DNA from: Candidatus Thorarchaeota archaeon
GTDB lineage: Archaea > Asgardarchaeota > Thorarchaeia > Thorarchaeales > Thorarchaeaceae
Direction: 5' to 3'
DNA length: 64,000 nt
Assembly (NCBI GenBank): GCA_029855935.1
Contig: JAGSHN010000023.1
Span: 12,157 to 76,156, forward strand
In this document: piece by piece, positions 29,150 through 38,249 of the stretch
How positions within the stretch are numbered: the stretch's first letter is position 1
Layout of the letters: every line of letters starts with the position of its first letter
Program-made: the position numbers and the translations under genes
The notes under the pieces: model-generated
Told to the model about the DNA's origin: nothing
What the model saw: the letters and a program-made list of their open reading frames with translations, nothing else
Database searches by the model: none

Positions 29150-30833
29150 CGTCTCCTAAGCCTAGCGCCCACTCCAGCAGAATATCTATGACATCCGTCA
29201 GACTGGGAATGTGCTTTGTTAGCTCATCTGCGGGAACTTCTGATACTTCAACTCCTTCCTTCTCAGGCTTGTAGTAGTAGAACCGGATGTCAAGATCCCC
29301 TGCTCGCGCAGCGTATTCTGACAGAAGCTCAAGAGGACCGCCCTCAACAGGCACCCTCTGCATCTCCAGGAGCCTCTCTATCAGCTCACGGATCTTCTCG
29401 CTGCTGGGTCGGTGTATCTTTATGTATGCTAGGATAAGAACGATGAGGTCACTGTGGGTACTGAAAACCACTTGGTGCTCGTACTTGCTTGCAAGCGCCG
29501 CCAGAGTCAACCCCATCAGCAATTGAGCGGCATAGTGTAGTTGAGCCTCGGGCTCCTCTATGATGATCCTTGATCTTGGACGCGTCGAGAGAACTGGCAA
29601 CAGAATTCCCGCAACTTCTCCGGCCAGGGCCGAGGCCGAGTTCATTGGCACGGCGCACGCACCCGTGGAATAGAATAGACCCTTCGCCCTTTCGTAGGTA
29701 AGTCTGCCTTGAAGAACCGGAAGAAATAGCTCAATTGCTTCCTTGTCGTAGGAACCGTCGGCAATCTTGGATCTGCCCAGGCTCAGCCACGATATGTAGG
29801 AATGCAGAACGACATCTGACTCATACAGTGTGCTGTAGCCACGTCTGTCTCTTCGAATCGGTTCTTGCGAGAGGAGTTCTAGCTGGTTGATGACGAGGCT
29901 TCGTCCGAATGGAATGAAACGTACTTCCTCTAGACCGTATGACTCAGCATACGCAGCCCTGAGCGGTTGACATATTGACTCGTCTACGAATTCCAGAAGC
30001 ACGTCATCCAGCCACAATTGGATACGGTGGGGAAGGAAGGAACCTAGGACATAGCCAGGCCTGCTGGCCCTCTGGAGAATCTGACTGACTGTGGCCTCCG
30101 GACTCTTTGCCGACGAAGCAATCTTCTTCAGTTCGTCCAGCACGTTCTTCGAGAAGACCCTCTCAACCGCCCTACTGCTGGCCCTCATCGAGAATCTGAG
30201 CTCCAAAGCAATTGCAACTACTCCTTCGGGTTTCAGGTCAAATGAAACGTTCGCTTGACAGATCGTATTCCTCCTCAGGTCACCAAATTTCTCAGCATAA
30301 CTACGTGGCTCCGTAGAACTCTCAGCAATCAAGTCAAGGAACTCCGGCATTGATACCGAACTATCCAGTTTCGAGTCATCTCTCACCAAGACGATATCCC
30401 GATAGAAGTCTAGATTGGGCCGCAGCAAACTATCGACAGGAATGACGCCAGAGGCCTCTATGGTAAAGTTGAGAGTGCCATCTTCGGAGCGCCAGCGAAC
30501 GTTTTCCGCACCAGTCTGTTCTCTGAAAACCTCAGCGAGATTCGGTACTTGACTCTCTAAGCCTTCAAGGCCCAACGCGTACAACGCTACCAGCGCGTAC
30601 AAAGCCCTCAGCGAGTTTCGCAGATTCAGAGGCGGATAGTCCACATCATACGTACTTAGTAGGTTACGGAACTCAAACTCGCGTGCGTGCTCATCGAGCA
30701 TTAGAGTCGAAGCATACAAGGCTCTGAGGGTATACGACTTCCCCGTATTAGGCGGCCCGAACACGACAGTTATGTCGCCAATCTCTATATCCGCCGATCG
30801 TATCGGGCCCAAGTTCTCTATGTGGAATCCCAC
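29100..30833 (-). CDS. AAA_21/ABC-type (OLD/RecF-like) ATPase.
   Basis: Walker A is VFGPPNTGKSY. The C-terminal RIIIEEPEAQLHYAAQ...VVFSTHS carries the Walker B/D-loop and H-loop typical of AAA_21 ATPases of defence systems. Confidence 0.8.
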   Translation of the reverse strand: MGFHIENLGPIRSADIEIGDITVVFGPPNTGKSYTLRALYASTLMLDEHAREFEFRNLLSTYDVDYPPLNLRNSLRALYALVALYALGLEGLESQVPNLAEVFREQTGAENVRWRSEDGTLNFTIEASGVIPVDSLLRPNLDFYRDIVLVRDDSKLDSSVSMPEFLDLIAESSTEPRSYAEKFGDLRRNTICQANVSFDLKPEGVVAIALELRFSMRASSRAVERVFSKNVLDELKKIASSAKSPEATVSQILQRASRPGYVLGSFLPHRIQLWLDDVLLEFVDESICQPLRAAYAESYGLEEVRFIPFGRSLVINQLELLSQEPIRRDRRGYSTLYESDVVLHSYISWLSLGRSKIADGSYDKEAIELFLPVLQGRLTYERAKGLFYSTGACAVPMNSASALAGEVAGILLPVLSTRPRSRIIIEEPEAQLHYAAQLLMGLTLAALASKYEHQVVFSTHSDLIVLILAYIKIHRPSSEKIRELIERLLEMQRVPVEGGPLELLSEYAARAGDLDIRFYYYKPEKEGVEVSEVPADELTKHIPSLTDVIDILLEWALGLGDDERAGDDEWAENGSRV

Positions 30834-31646
30834 GGGGAGCTCCCTCGGTGGGGACGTGCTCGTTCTCCGAACAATAAGGCTTTCGATAGAGGGCTGCAGG
30901 AGACTATGTCACGAGCGGACTGGGCGGCACGTAAGAAACCGGTTTTCTCATTAGAACGGCATTCCCGAAGACCAAGGCATCGCACGCCCCTGAGCCGCCC
31001 CTTTGCTTAGCTACATTGTCACGAAAATGCAAACTCTGTGCACAGATGTGCAACGAGAGAGCAAGCGTCGACACATCAGGTACAGCAGTATGAGGGCCAG
31101 ACAGTTGACCAACGCCAGTGCGGGCCACGTCCTCAAGAGAAAAGATACTCAAACTCATTGAACGGACACACTTGACGGTCTACATCTAGAACGTGAAAGT
31201 GCCCGCGGCTGCCACCGGGTACACGCGGTAGAAGTGGAAGAGTAGTCAAACTCCGGGACCAATTCCAAATGTGACAGTTCAACAGCAAGCGCGCCTGCAA
31301 ACACAAGGTGAAAGACATAGTCATCGCTCGGAGAAGATCTCTCCCCGTACGATGTGCAGCTCCAGAATCTGCCCTATTCTACGACTCTTCAGGCATTCGT
31401 TCCGTCTTCTCGTGGCGGGGATAGACGCAGGACCTGATTGTACCAACAAGCACGGGCGGAGACCCCGACTCGACCCGGTCACGAGTACAGCGTTAGAAAC
31501 AGCCTTGGTCGAAGAATCGACTATGGCATTGGAACTCCATCATCAAATCAGCCCGCTAAATTCAGGTTTCCGCTGTCCCTGGAGTGCTCTTCTCCAAAGA
31601 AACGACTCGCTGTTGGCCAGCCATCGGGTTTCGCAGACGCCTGTCA

Positions 31647-32312
31647 CTAACCCAGAGATCTCCGAAGAAGGACCCTATTCAGACCTCTTTTTCCTCTCTT
31701 TTTCCTGATTGAGGAGCGCTTGACTACCTTCCACTTGCCTAGGTCGAAAAACAACACGTCTATCCGGTGTCCATCCTTTTGTCGGTCGTCTAGTTGTTGC
31801 ACGTCATCTATCGCTTTCTCCAAGGGATTCTGATCTCGTCCCCCTCTAGAAGTTGGGACCAAAAGAATGACCTCTATCAGGTGACGGTAGCTCAACTTGT
31901 TCTTGAATTCCACCAGCTTCTCAAAGTCCTCTCCATAGCCTCTCGGGTTTGTTGTTAACTTGAACTCCACCACTGCAAGATTCAGTTGATCTTTTCCCTT
32001 GACGTGGATGATGAAGTCCGGTATTCGTCCAGTATCGAAAATGTGTTGGTAACCTTTGTTCACTTCTCCCTGCACAATAGCACCGCCAAAATCCACAACT
32101 CGCTGTTCAATCAGACACCGGAGCTGATGGTAGAACTCGTATGCGATAGGGCGTTCAAGGAATTTCAACTCTGCAGCACTATTCTGCCCTTTAGTAGACG
32201 ATATCTGCTGATAGTCATAGTGAGATAGTTGACAATACTCTTGGTCCATTCTTTCAAGCGCACAGCAAACAGCATCAAGAACACCCGAACACTTGGCTTC
32301 AACTTTGTCCAT
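31647..32312 (-). CDS. Standalone PD-(D/E)xK-family nuclease-like protein.
   Basis: RIPDFIIHVKGKDQLNLAVVEFKL contains (P)D-hydrophobic strand ... E-x-K. The tail RKKRGKRGLNRVLLRR is basic. 221 aa. Confidence 0.5.
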   Translation of the reverse strand: MDKVEAKCSGVLDAVCCALERMDQEYCQLSHYDYQQISSTKGQNSAAELKFLERPIAYEFYHQLRCLIEQRVVDFGGAIVQGEVNKGYQHIFDTGRIPDFIIHVKGKDQLNLAVVEFKLTTNPRGYGEDFEKLVEFKNKLSYRHLIEVILLVPTSRGGRDQNPLEKAIDDVQQLDDRQKDGHRIDVLFFDLGKWKVVKRSSIRKKRGKRGLNRVLLRRSLG

Positions 32313-32858
32313 TCATGTCCACCTACCTGTCCCGTTTCAAACCCGTAGCAATCAGATTGCTAATTGCGGGGTTTGCTCGCTCAAATATGAAACCTAGCTA
32401 GTCTGATATTATGACCAGAAAGACGGCCGCCGCCCGTATTTCAATCTGTCGGCTACACAGCAGTTGCCGAGGTGGTTCTCAGGGGAACATCGTGCAAGTT
32501 CAAACAAGCTCGCAGAATGCTTCCCAAGATGCGGTTTCAGAAAGAGCATCACAAGACGGACGGACGACAAGATACCAGCTGAAACATTGTGTCATTTCGG
32601 ACTTGCTGGCCAACCGACATAGGCCGAAGCAAAAGGGGCCCGAAAGAACGACTCATCGTTCCGATGGAAGGCGACGAAGTGAATTCGGAGCAACCGTTGG
32701 GAAACTATGTTCAATGCGCGACAAGCTGTGCCCCTTGAAGCAGTTTGAAACCTATTGACCGCCTACAGGCACCACTCCGGAAGAGCCTACCATCGAAGGA
32801 CAAATAATATCAGGCAGAGCAACGTCACAATGCTTGCTCAGTAGGAGGGCTGCATGCA

Positions 32859-34778
32859 GTGAAACTCAAATCAGTCCACGTGAAGCACTTTCGATGCATC
32901 CGGGACCAGACCCTGAATTGCGAGGACCTCACAATACTCGTTGGTCCGAACGGCTCTGGAAAGTCTTCCTTTCTCAGGGCCCTCGACCTGTTCTATTCCA
33001 CTTCGCCAAGTTATGCACAGGATGACTTCTACGGCCGAGACACGGACACACCCATAACGATCACGGTCACATTCTCGGAGCTGGACGATGACGAGCTAGA
33101 GCTATACAAGAGATACGTGCACAACAACGAGCTATCCATAACTCGAAAACTGGAATGGCCTCCCAGGAGAGGCTCGGCGAAATACCACGGGCTTCACAAA
33201 TGCAATCCCGACTTTGATGGATTTCGTAGGGCAAGTGGGTCGGATCTGCGCCGCGAGTACAATGCGCTACGTCAGGGCAAATATAGAGAACTCCCTCCGT
33301 ACTCCAACAAGGATGCTGCTGAAGGAGCGCTCAAGGATTGGGAGGATAGGAATCCGGACAGATGTGAGATTAGGGAGGACGATGGCCAGTTCTTCGGATA
33401 TACCGCAGTAGGCAAGTGGGTCCTGGAGAAAGGAACACGATTCTTTCTTGTGCCGGCCGTGAGGGACGCAGCCCTTGACGCTAGAGAAGGCAAAGGAAGT
33501 CCGTTCTCGGAGATAATGGACATAGTCGTGAGAAGTACTCTGAAAGATGCCCCCAGCTGGCAAGATCTTCAGAATCTCGTAAGAGAAGAGTATCGCAAGG
33601 TAATTGGTCCCATCCGGGAGGAGAAGCTGGAACAGATAAAATCCGAACTGATGGAGATTCTGCAGACATACGTGCCAAGCGGGAGCGTAGAGATAGACTG
33701 GGACGTTGAAACAGATCCGGAGATTCCAGCACCAAGAGCTACCGTAAGGCTTGCAGAAGACGAGTTCTATTCTCCTGCGGAGCTTTGCGGTCACGGCCTA
33801 CAGAGGGCACTGACCCTGGCGATGCTCCAGCTCCTTGCCAGAATTCGTACTCGGCTCGGATCAGACGAAACGCCGAACGAACCAACCTTCATCATCGCAA
33901 TTGAAGAGCCTGAGGCATATCAGCATCCCAACAGGCAGCGCCATCTGGCAAGAGTCCTCGTCGATCTTGCAGAAAATGGGCTTCCTGGTGCTGCTGAGAG
34001 AATCCAGATTATCTGTACAACACACTCGCCTCTATTCGTAGATATGGCAAACTGCCACAGAGTTCGCAAGCTGAGAAAGATCAAGACACAGACCAACGCA
34101 CCTCCCGAAACAGTGGTTGTTTCGACCAATCTTGACACTCTGGCCCGTGAGTTAGAGCAGATTGACGGCAAGGCTCAGGGAACGTATAGTGAGAAATCAG
34201 TATTGTCGCGGCTGAGAGCAGTGATGACCCCTCAATTGAACGAGGGATTCTTTGCTGATGTAGTGGTCCTCGTGGAGGGAGAAACTGATCGGGCGGCTAT
34301 CCTTGCAGTGGCAAGGATGCTGGGTCACGATCTTGAGGCATTGGGCATATCTGTGCTCCCGTGCTCAGGGAAAGGGAGCCTAGTCGGTCCTGCCGTTGTC
34401 TTCAGGAGTCTCGACATACCAATATACCTTGTCTGGGATGCCGACACGCAGTCCGGGGGCTCCGGACAGGACGATCCTCACAACAGAAAGCTCTTCCGCC
34501 TGATGACTGGCACAGCCAATGGCTCCCCGGGCACAATTGCTTCGACGTATGCCTGTCTGCAAACCAACCTTGAGGAAACCATTAGGACGGAGATTGGTGG
34601 TGACGTATTCGATCCCATAGTGGAGCGGTGGCGCAAGGAGCACGGAATGAAGAGAAACGCCGCAGTCAAGCGAGCTGCTGCAATTGAGGAGATTCTCAAT
34701 CAGGCCGCACAACAGGGAAGAAGATGCCAGACAATCGAGGAGATTGTCACACAGATAGTCAAGCTTGTTGAACAATAG
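32859..34778 (+). CDS. OLD-family ATP-dependent endonuclease (AAA_21 ATPase + Toprim).
   Basis: GTG start. Walker A is VGPNGSGKSSFLRALD. IIAIEEPEAYQHP is the Walker B/D-loop, followed by TTHSP. The C-terminal Toprim is DVVVLVEGETDRAAILAVAR ... YLVWDADTQSGG (E + DxD). Confidence 0.85.
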   Translation: MKLKSVHVKHFRCIRDQTLNCEDLTILVGPNGSGKSSFLRALDLFYSTSPSYAQDDFYGRDTDTPITITVTFSELDDDELELYKRYVHNNELSITRKLEWPPRRGSAKYHGLHKCNPDFDGFRRASGSDLRREYNALRQGKYRELPPYSNKDAAEGALKDWEDRNPDRCEIREDDGQFFGYTAVGKWVLEKGTRFFLVPAVRDAALDAREGKGSPFSEIMDIVVRSTLKDAPSWQDLQNLVREEYRKVIGPIREEKLEQIKSELMEILQTYVPSGSVEIDWDVETDPEIPAPRATVRLAEDEFYSPAELCGHGLQRALTLAMLQLLARIRTRLGSDETPNEPTFIIAIEEPEAYQHPNRQRHLARVLVDLAENGLPGAAERIQIICTTHSPLFVDMANCHRVRKLRKIKTQTNAPPETVVVSTNLDTLARELEQIDGKAQGTYSEKSVLSRLRAVMTPQLNEGFFADVVVLVEGETDRAAILAVARMLGHDLEALGISVLPCSGKGSLVGPAVVFRSLDIPIYLVWDADTQSGGSGQDDPHNRKLFRLMTGTANGSPGTIASTYACLQTNLEETIRTEIGGDVFDPIVERWRKEHGMKRNAAVKRAAAIEEILNQAAQQGRRCQTIEEIVTQIVKLVEQ

Positions 34779-34976
34779 GTTCGTCTAGTCACGCCAAGAT
34801 GCGAAGTCCTTTCGACTACGACTCTCAGAAACCTCAGAGTATGTCCGGATAGACAGTACCTCTCTCGTATGCCGAGAGGTTCCCAGCGGTGACAATCCGC
34901 CGACGATGGACGCGACACGGGCAATAGCCCCGAGATTCCCATAGACGTAGGACAGGCTATGTGCCAAAACCTCTAA

Positions 34977-36065
34977 ATGCCCCTTGGGCACACAATCGTT
35001 GAGGGGTCATCTCTGAGGGTACTCCACACGTCGGATCTCCATCTCAGTGCGGGCAACCCGCGCACACTCGAAGCCCTCGAACACATTCTAGATGTGGCAA
35101 GGCAAGAGAACGCAGATATCGTCACCATTGCTGGTGATATGTTTGACTCTGCCAGAGATGCAAACGAACTGCGGCCACAGCTAAGAGATCTGCTATCCGA
35201 AAACGGCTTTGAGATCCTTGTCCTCCCCGGGAACCACGACGCCACGGCCTTTACCCAGAATACATTCTACGGCAATGATGTGTTCCCGCTGATCGATAAG
35301 CCTGTTACTGTCAGAGAATATGAAGACCTCCTCATCGCGGGCGTGCCATTCCGCGAGAGGCTGGACGATGATGTAGCACTCCGAATTCGAGAAGTTTCGG
35401 ACTTCACAGGCACGAAGATCCTCTTGCTGCACTGCACCCTCGATATCGGCCTCGGGAGCGGTGGCTTCGGCGAAGAAGAGGCGATTCGCTACATGCCTGT
35501 GTCTTCAGCCAAGCTGGCCGGGCTCGGTTTCGACTACATCCTGGCTGGCCATTTTCACTCTTCGCTGCACGAACAGAAGCTTGCAAGCGGAGGACTGTTC
35601 GTCTACCCGGGGTCACCAGTCTCTCTGACAAGGAAGGAGCGAGGGCGGCGATCCGCCTATCTCATTGACACTGAGAGCAAGAAGACGCAGGCCATAGAGC
35701 TCTCTACGTTCTACTGTGATGAGCTCGAGGTCACAATCTCGCCGGGTACAGAGAAGGCGTGGGTCGAACAAATCGAACAATGGGCCAAGCATCACAAAGG
35801 AAAGAACTGTGACGTCAGGGTCATCGCGAAGGGGTTCACCGAGATGCCAGAGGCTGAGCTGAAACAACAGATTGAGGCTGCAGCCGGGGGAATTCACGTT
35901 GACTTTCGCGTCCGTGGCATTGAGAACATCCTCCGATACCCCATATATCAGAGATTCAAGCAGCGACTTCTTAATGATGATGGGATCGACGACAAGGAGA
36001 GGGTAGATATGATGATGCTCACGGTCGTGTCTCGACTGGCGGAAGAGGGGGAGCTTGACCTATGA
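34977..36065 (+). CDS. Calcineurin-like metallophosphoesterase, SbcD/Mre11-like nuclease.
   Basis: The phosphoesterase motifs are present in order: LHTSDLHL, AGDMFD, GNHD, LLLHCTL, GHFH. 362 aa. Confidence 0.85.
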   Translation: MPLGHTIVEGSSLRVLHTSDLHLSAGNPRTLEALEHILDVARQENADIVTIAGDMFDSARDANELRPQLRDLLSENGFEILVLPGNHDATAFTQNTFYGNDVFPLIDKPVTVREYEDLLIAGVPFRERLDDDVALRIREVSDFTGTKILLLHCTLDIGLGSGGFGEEEAIRYMPVSSAKLAGLGFDYILAGHFHSSLHEQKLASGGLFVYPGSPVSLTRKERGRRSAYLIDTESKKTQAIELSTFYCDELEVTISPGTEKAWVEQIEQWAKHHKGKNCDVRVIAKGFTEMPEAELKQQIEAAAGGIHVDFRVRGIENILRYPIYQRFKQRLLNDDGIDDKERVDMMMLTVVSRLAEEGELDL

Positions 36066-38065
36066 GGTTGAAAGAGCTCAACATCATCCGATATGGACCC
36101 GTGAGGGACCGCAGGCTCACGTTTGAGGAGAGCGTCAATCTCATCTACGGCCCGAACGAGTCCGGCAAGACACTCTCAATAGATGCCCTGATCAAGCTCC
36201 TCCTTGGACGGGAGAGAATCCAGAGATGGGACATCGACCGTGTCGAGTCAAAGCCCAACGGGTACGCAATCATAGAGATTGGGGGCGAAGAAATAGAGCT
36301 CACCGGCTCCAAGTCATTGATTGACGTAATCGAGATGGATGACACCGAACTTGCAGTAGACGACCTGAGAAACGTGTTCATCATTCGAGACTCGGACCTT
36401 CGAACTCACGATTCCCCCAGGTATTTCGAAACGCTTGTGGATCGGGTATCGGGAGCACGACTTGCGGAGATCGAGAAGATAATAGAAGAACTCGAGAGAG
36501 AGGGACGCATAACACCGAAAGGTCAACTCACGGATCGTCAAGACACGGGAAAGCTCGCAACTCGTGTCCGAGATGCCCGCAAACTGTTGAACGCGATTGA
36601 GGAGTTTTTCCAAAGACCGGAAACGCATGAATATGAGGAATTGGAATGGGAGTTTGTCAGGAAAAAGACCCGACTAGAAATCTTGAAACAACACTGGGAG
36701 CGACTTGAGCAAGCCAAAGAGCTGTACGAAGCTGTTGAGATTCGAAACAGTATCAGTGTCATTGAGGGACTCTTGAAGGAACGACAGCGATACGACAGGA
36801 GCCAAATCAGCAATCTAAGGACAAAGGCAGAACAGGCTAGGGCTGAGTGTGAGTTCATTGAGGCGAGCAAAGAAAAGATTGAATTCTTGTCCAGAACGGT
36901 ACTCGTCTTTGCATTTCTGTCGATGATTGCCCTGGTTCTGGCAGTGCTTGTGAATCCGTTGGCTCTAGCAGGTCTAGTTGTGTTCGCAGTCCTGACAACG
37001 CTTCACGTGGGAAGAATTCTGTCAATCAAGGACGACGAAGCCAAGTTTAGGTCCAAGGCTCACACTCTTCTGATGGAGGCTAGGGCTGTTGGTATCAAAT
37101 GCGATGACGTGGATGCACTATGCGAGAAACTCCGAAGCGTCTTGGACCGCGCGGACGAGGTCCATAACAAACTGATAGGACATTGGTCGGTCTTGGCAGA
37201 CAAGTTCAACTTGCCAATGGATGCAAACCCCGAGGACCATCTCCCTTCGATAAGAAACGATATCGAAATGAGACTCATGGCACACAAAGGTATTGATGCT
37301 GACAACTTCGATTCAGAAGAGTACGAGAGAGTTAGGCAAGAAATGCGCGAACTCGGCGAAGAGATTGAGGGATATGAGAAGAAACTTGAGTACTACCGGG
37401 ATAAGCTTCAGGAATTTGAGCGCACAACGAACCATGTACTAAGAGCTGATTTTTCCGGCAGTGATGGGGGCTTGGAAATAGGCTCTCTTGAAGCACTGAG
37501 GGCAGCTCGGTCGAAACTAGAAGAGTTCATAGATCGGGTCGAGACCCGTGCCGATACCGCTAGAGAGGCAATCAAGATACTCAAGGAGGTGCGCAATGAA
37601 GAGAGAAGCTCAATAGGCAATCTCTTCAAACCCGATGGACCTGCAACCCGCACCTTCGCAAGAATCACGAAGGGGGCGTATTCGGAGGTGCTGGTGAACA
37701 GGGACGGGTCAGCAATCCACGTCCGTCGGGCCGGAGGAGAGCTCATTCCCCTTGAGAAGCTGAGCAGGGGAGCAACCGACCAGCTCTATCTGTCAGTACG
37801 GATTACGCTTGCGAAAGAGATTCTGGGAGAAGAGCCGGGGTTCTTCGTCATGGATGATCCCTTCTTGGCCTCAGATATGGGTAGGCTACGTGAGCAGGTA
37901 AGCATATTGAAGGAGCTGGCCCAAGAGGGATGGCAGATCATCTACTTCACCTCCAAGGAGGAAGTGGTGACCGCGTTCAGGGAGATGGTGGGCGTTAAAG
38001 CGAAGTCATTGAATACGCTTCAGGGCCTGATACCGCCAGAGGAAGTTTCCCAAGCGGAGCCGTGA
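36062..38065 (+). CDS. SbcC/Rad50/SMC-like ATPase with a central hydrophobic hairpin.
   Basis: The start overlaps the upstream stop by 4 nt (ATGA). Walker A is YGPNESGKT. A long charged coiled-coil follows. The C-terminal LSRGATDQLYLSVRITLA is signature-motif-like, and FFVMDDPF is Walker B. Residues around 275-320 (LVFAFLSMIALVLAVLVNPLALAGLVVFAVLTTLHV) form two predicted TM helices where a Rad50 zinc hook would normally sit. Confidence 0.8.
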   Translation: MRLKELNIIRYGPVRDRRLTFEESVNLIYGPNESGKTLSIDALIKLLLGRERIQRWDIDRVESKPNGYAIIEIGGEEIELTGSKSLIDVIEMDDTELAVDDLRNVFIIRDSDLRTHDSPRYFETLVDRVSGARLAEIEKIIEELEREGRITPKGQLTDRQDTGKLATRVRDARKLLNAIEEFFQRPETHEYEELEWEFVRKKTRLEILKQHWERLEQAKELYEAVEIRNSISVIEGLLKERQRYDRSQISNLRTKAEQARAECEFIEASKEKIEFLSRTVLVFAFLSMIALVLAVLVNPLALAGLVVFAVLTTLHVGRILSIKDDEAKFRSKAHTLLMEARAVGIKCDDVDALCEKLRSVLDRADEVHNKLIGHWSVLADKFNLPMDANPEDHLPSIRNDIEMRLMAHKGIDADNFDSEEYERVRQEMRELGEEIEGYEKKLEYYRDKLQEFERTTNHVLRADFSGSDGGLEIGSLEALRAARSKLEEFIDRVETRADTAREAIKILKEVRNEERSSIGNLFKPDGPATRTFARITKGAYSEVLVNRDGSAIHVRRAGGELIPLEKLSRGATDQLYLSVRITLAKEILGEEPGFFVMDDPFLASDMGRLREQVSILKELAQEGWQIIYFTSKEEVVTAFREMVGVKAKSLNTLQGLIPPEEVSQAEP

Positions 38066-38249
38066 CATCTCGGCAATGCGATGCGAAGCGAAGGGGCTGT
38101 GCCGAACAAGGCTGCAGAGCGTTCAGCCAGTAGGCGAATGAAAGCAGTCCAATACCTGGGCCTGCCCGAATGCGTGTCCGGTAAGGCGGAACAGGGGCTA
38201 GCACAAGTTCCAGTCAGCGCTGACGCGTCGCCTGAACCAAACGCTCCCA

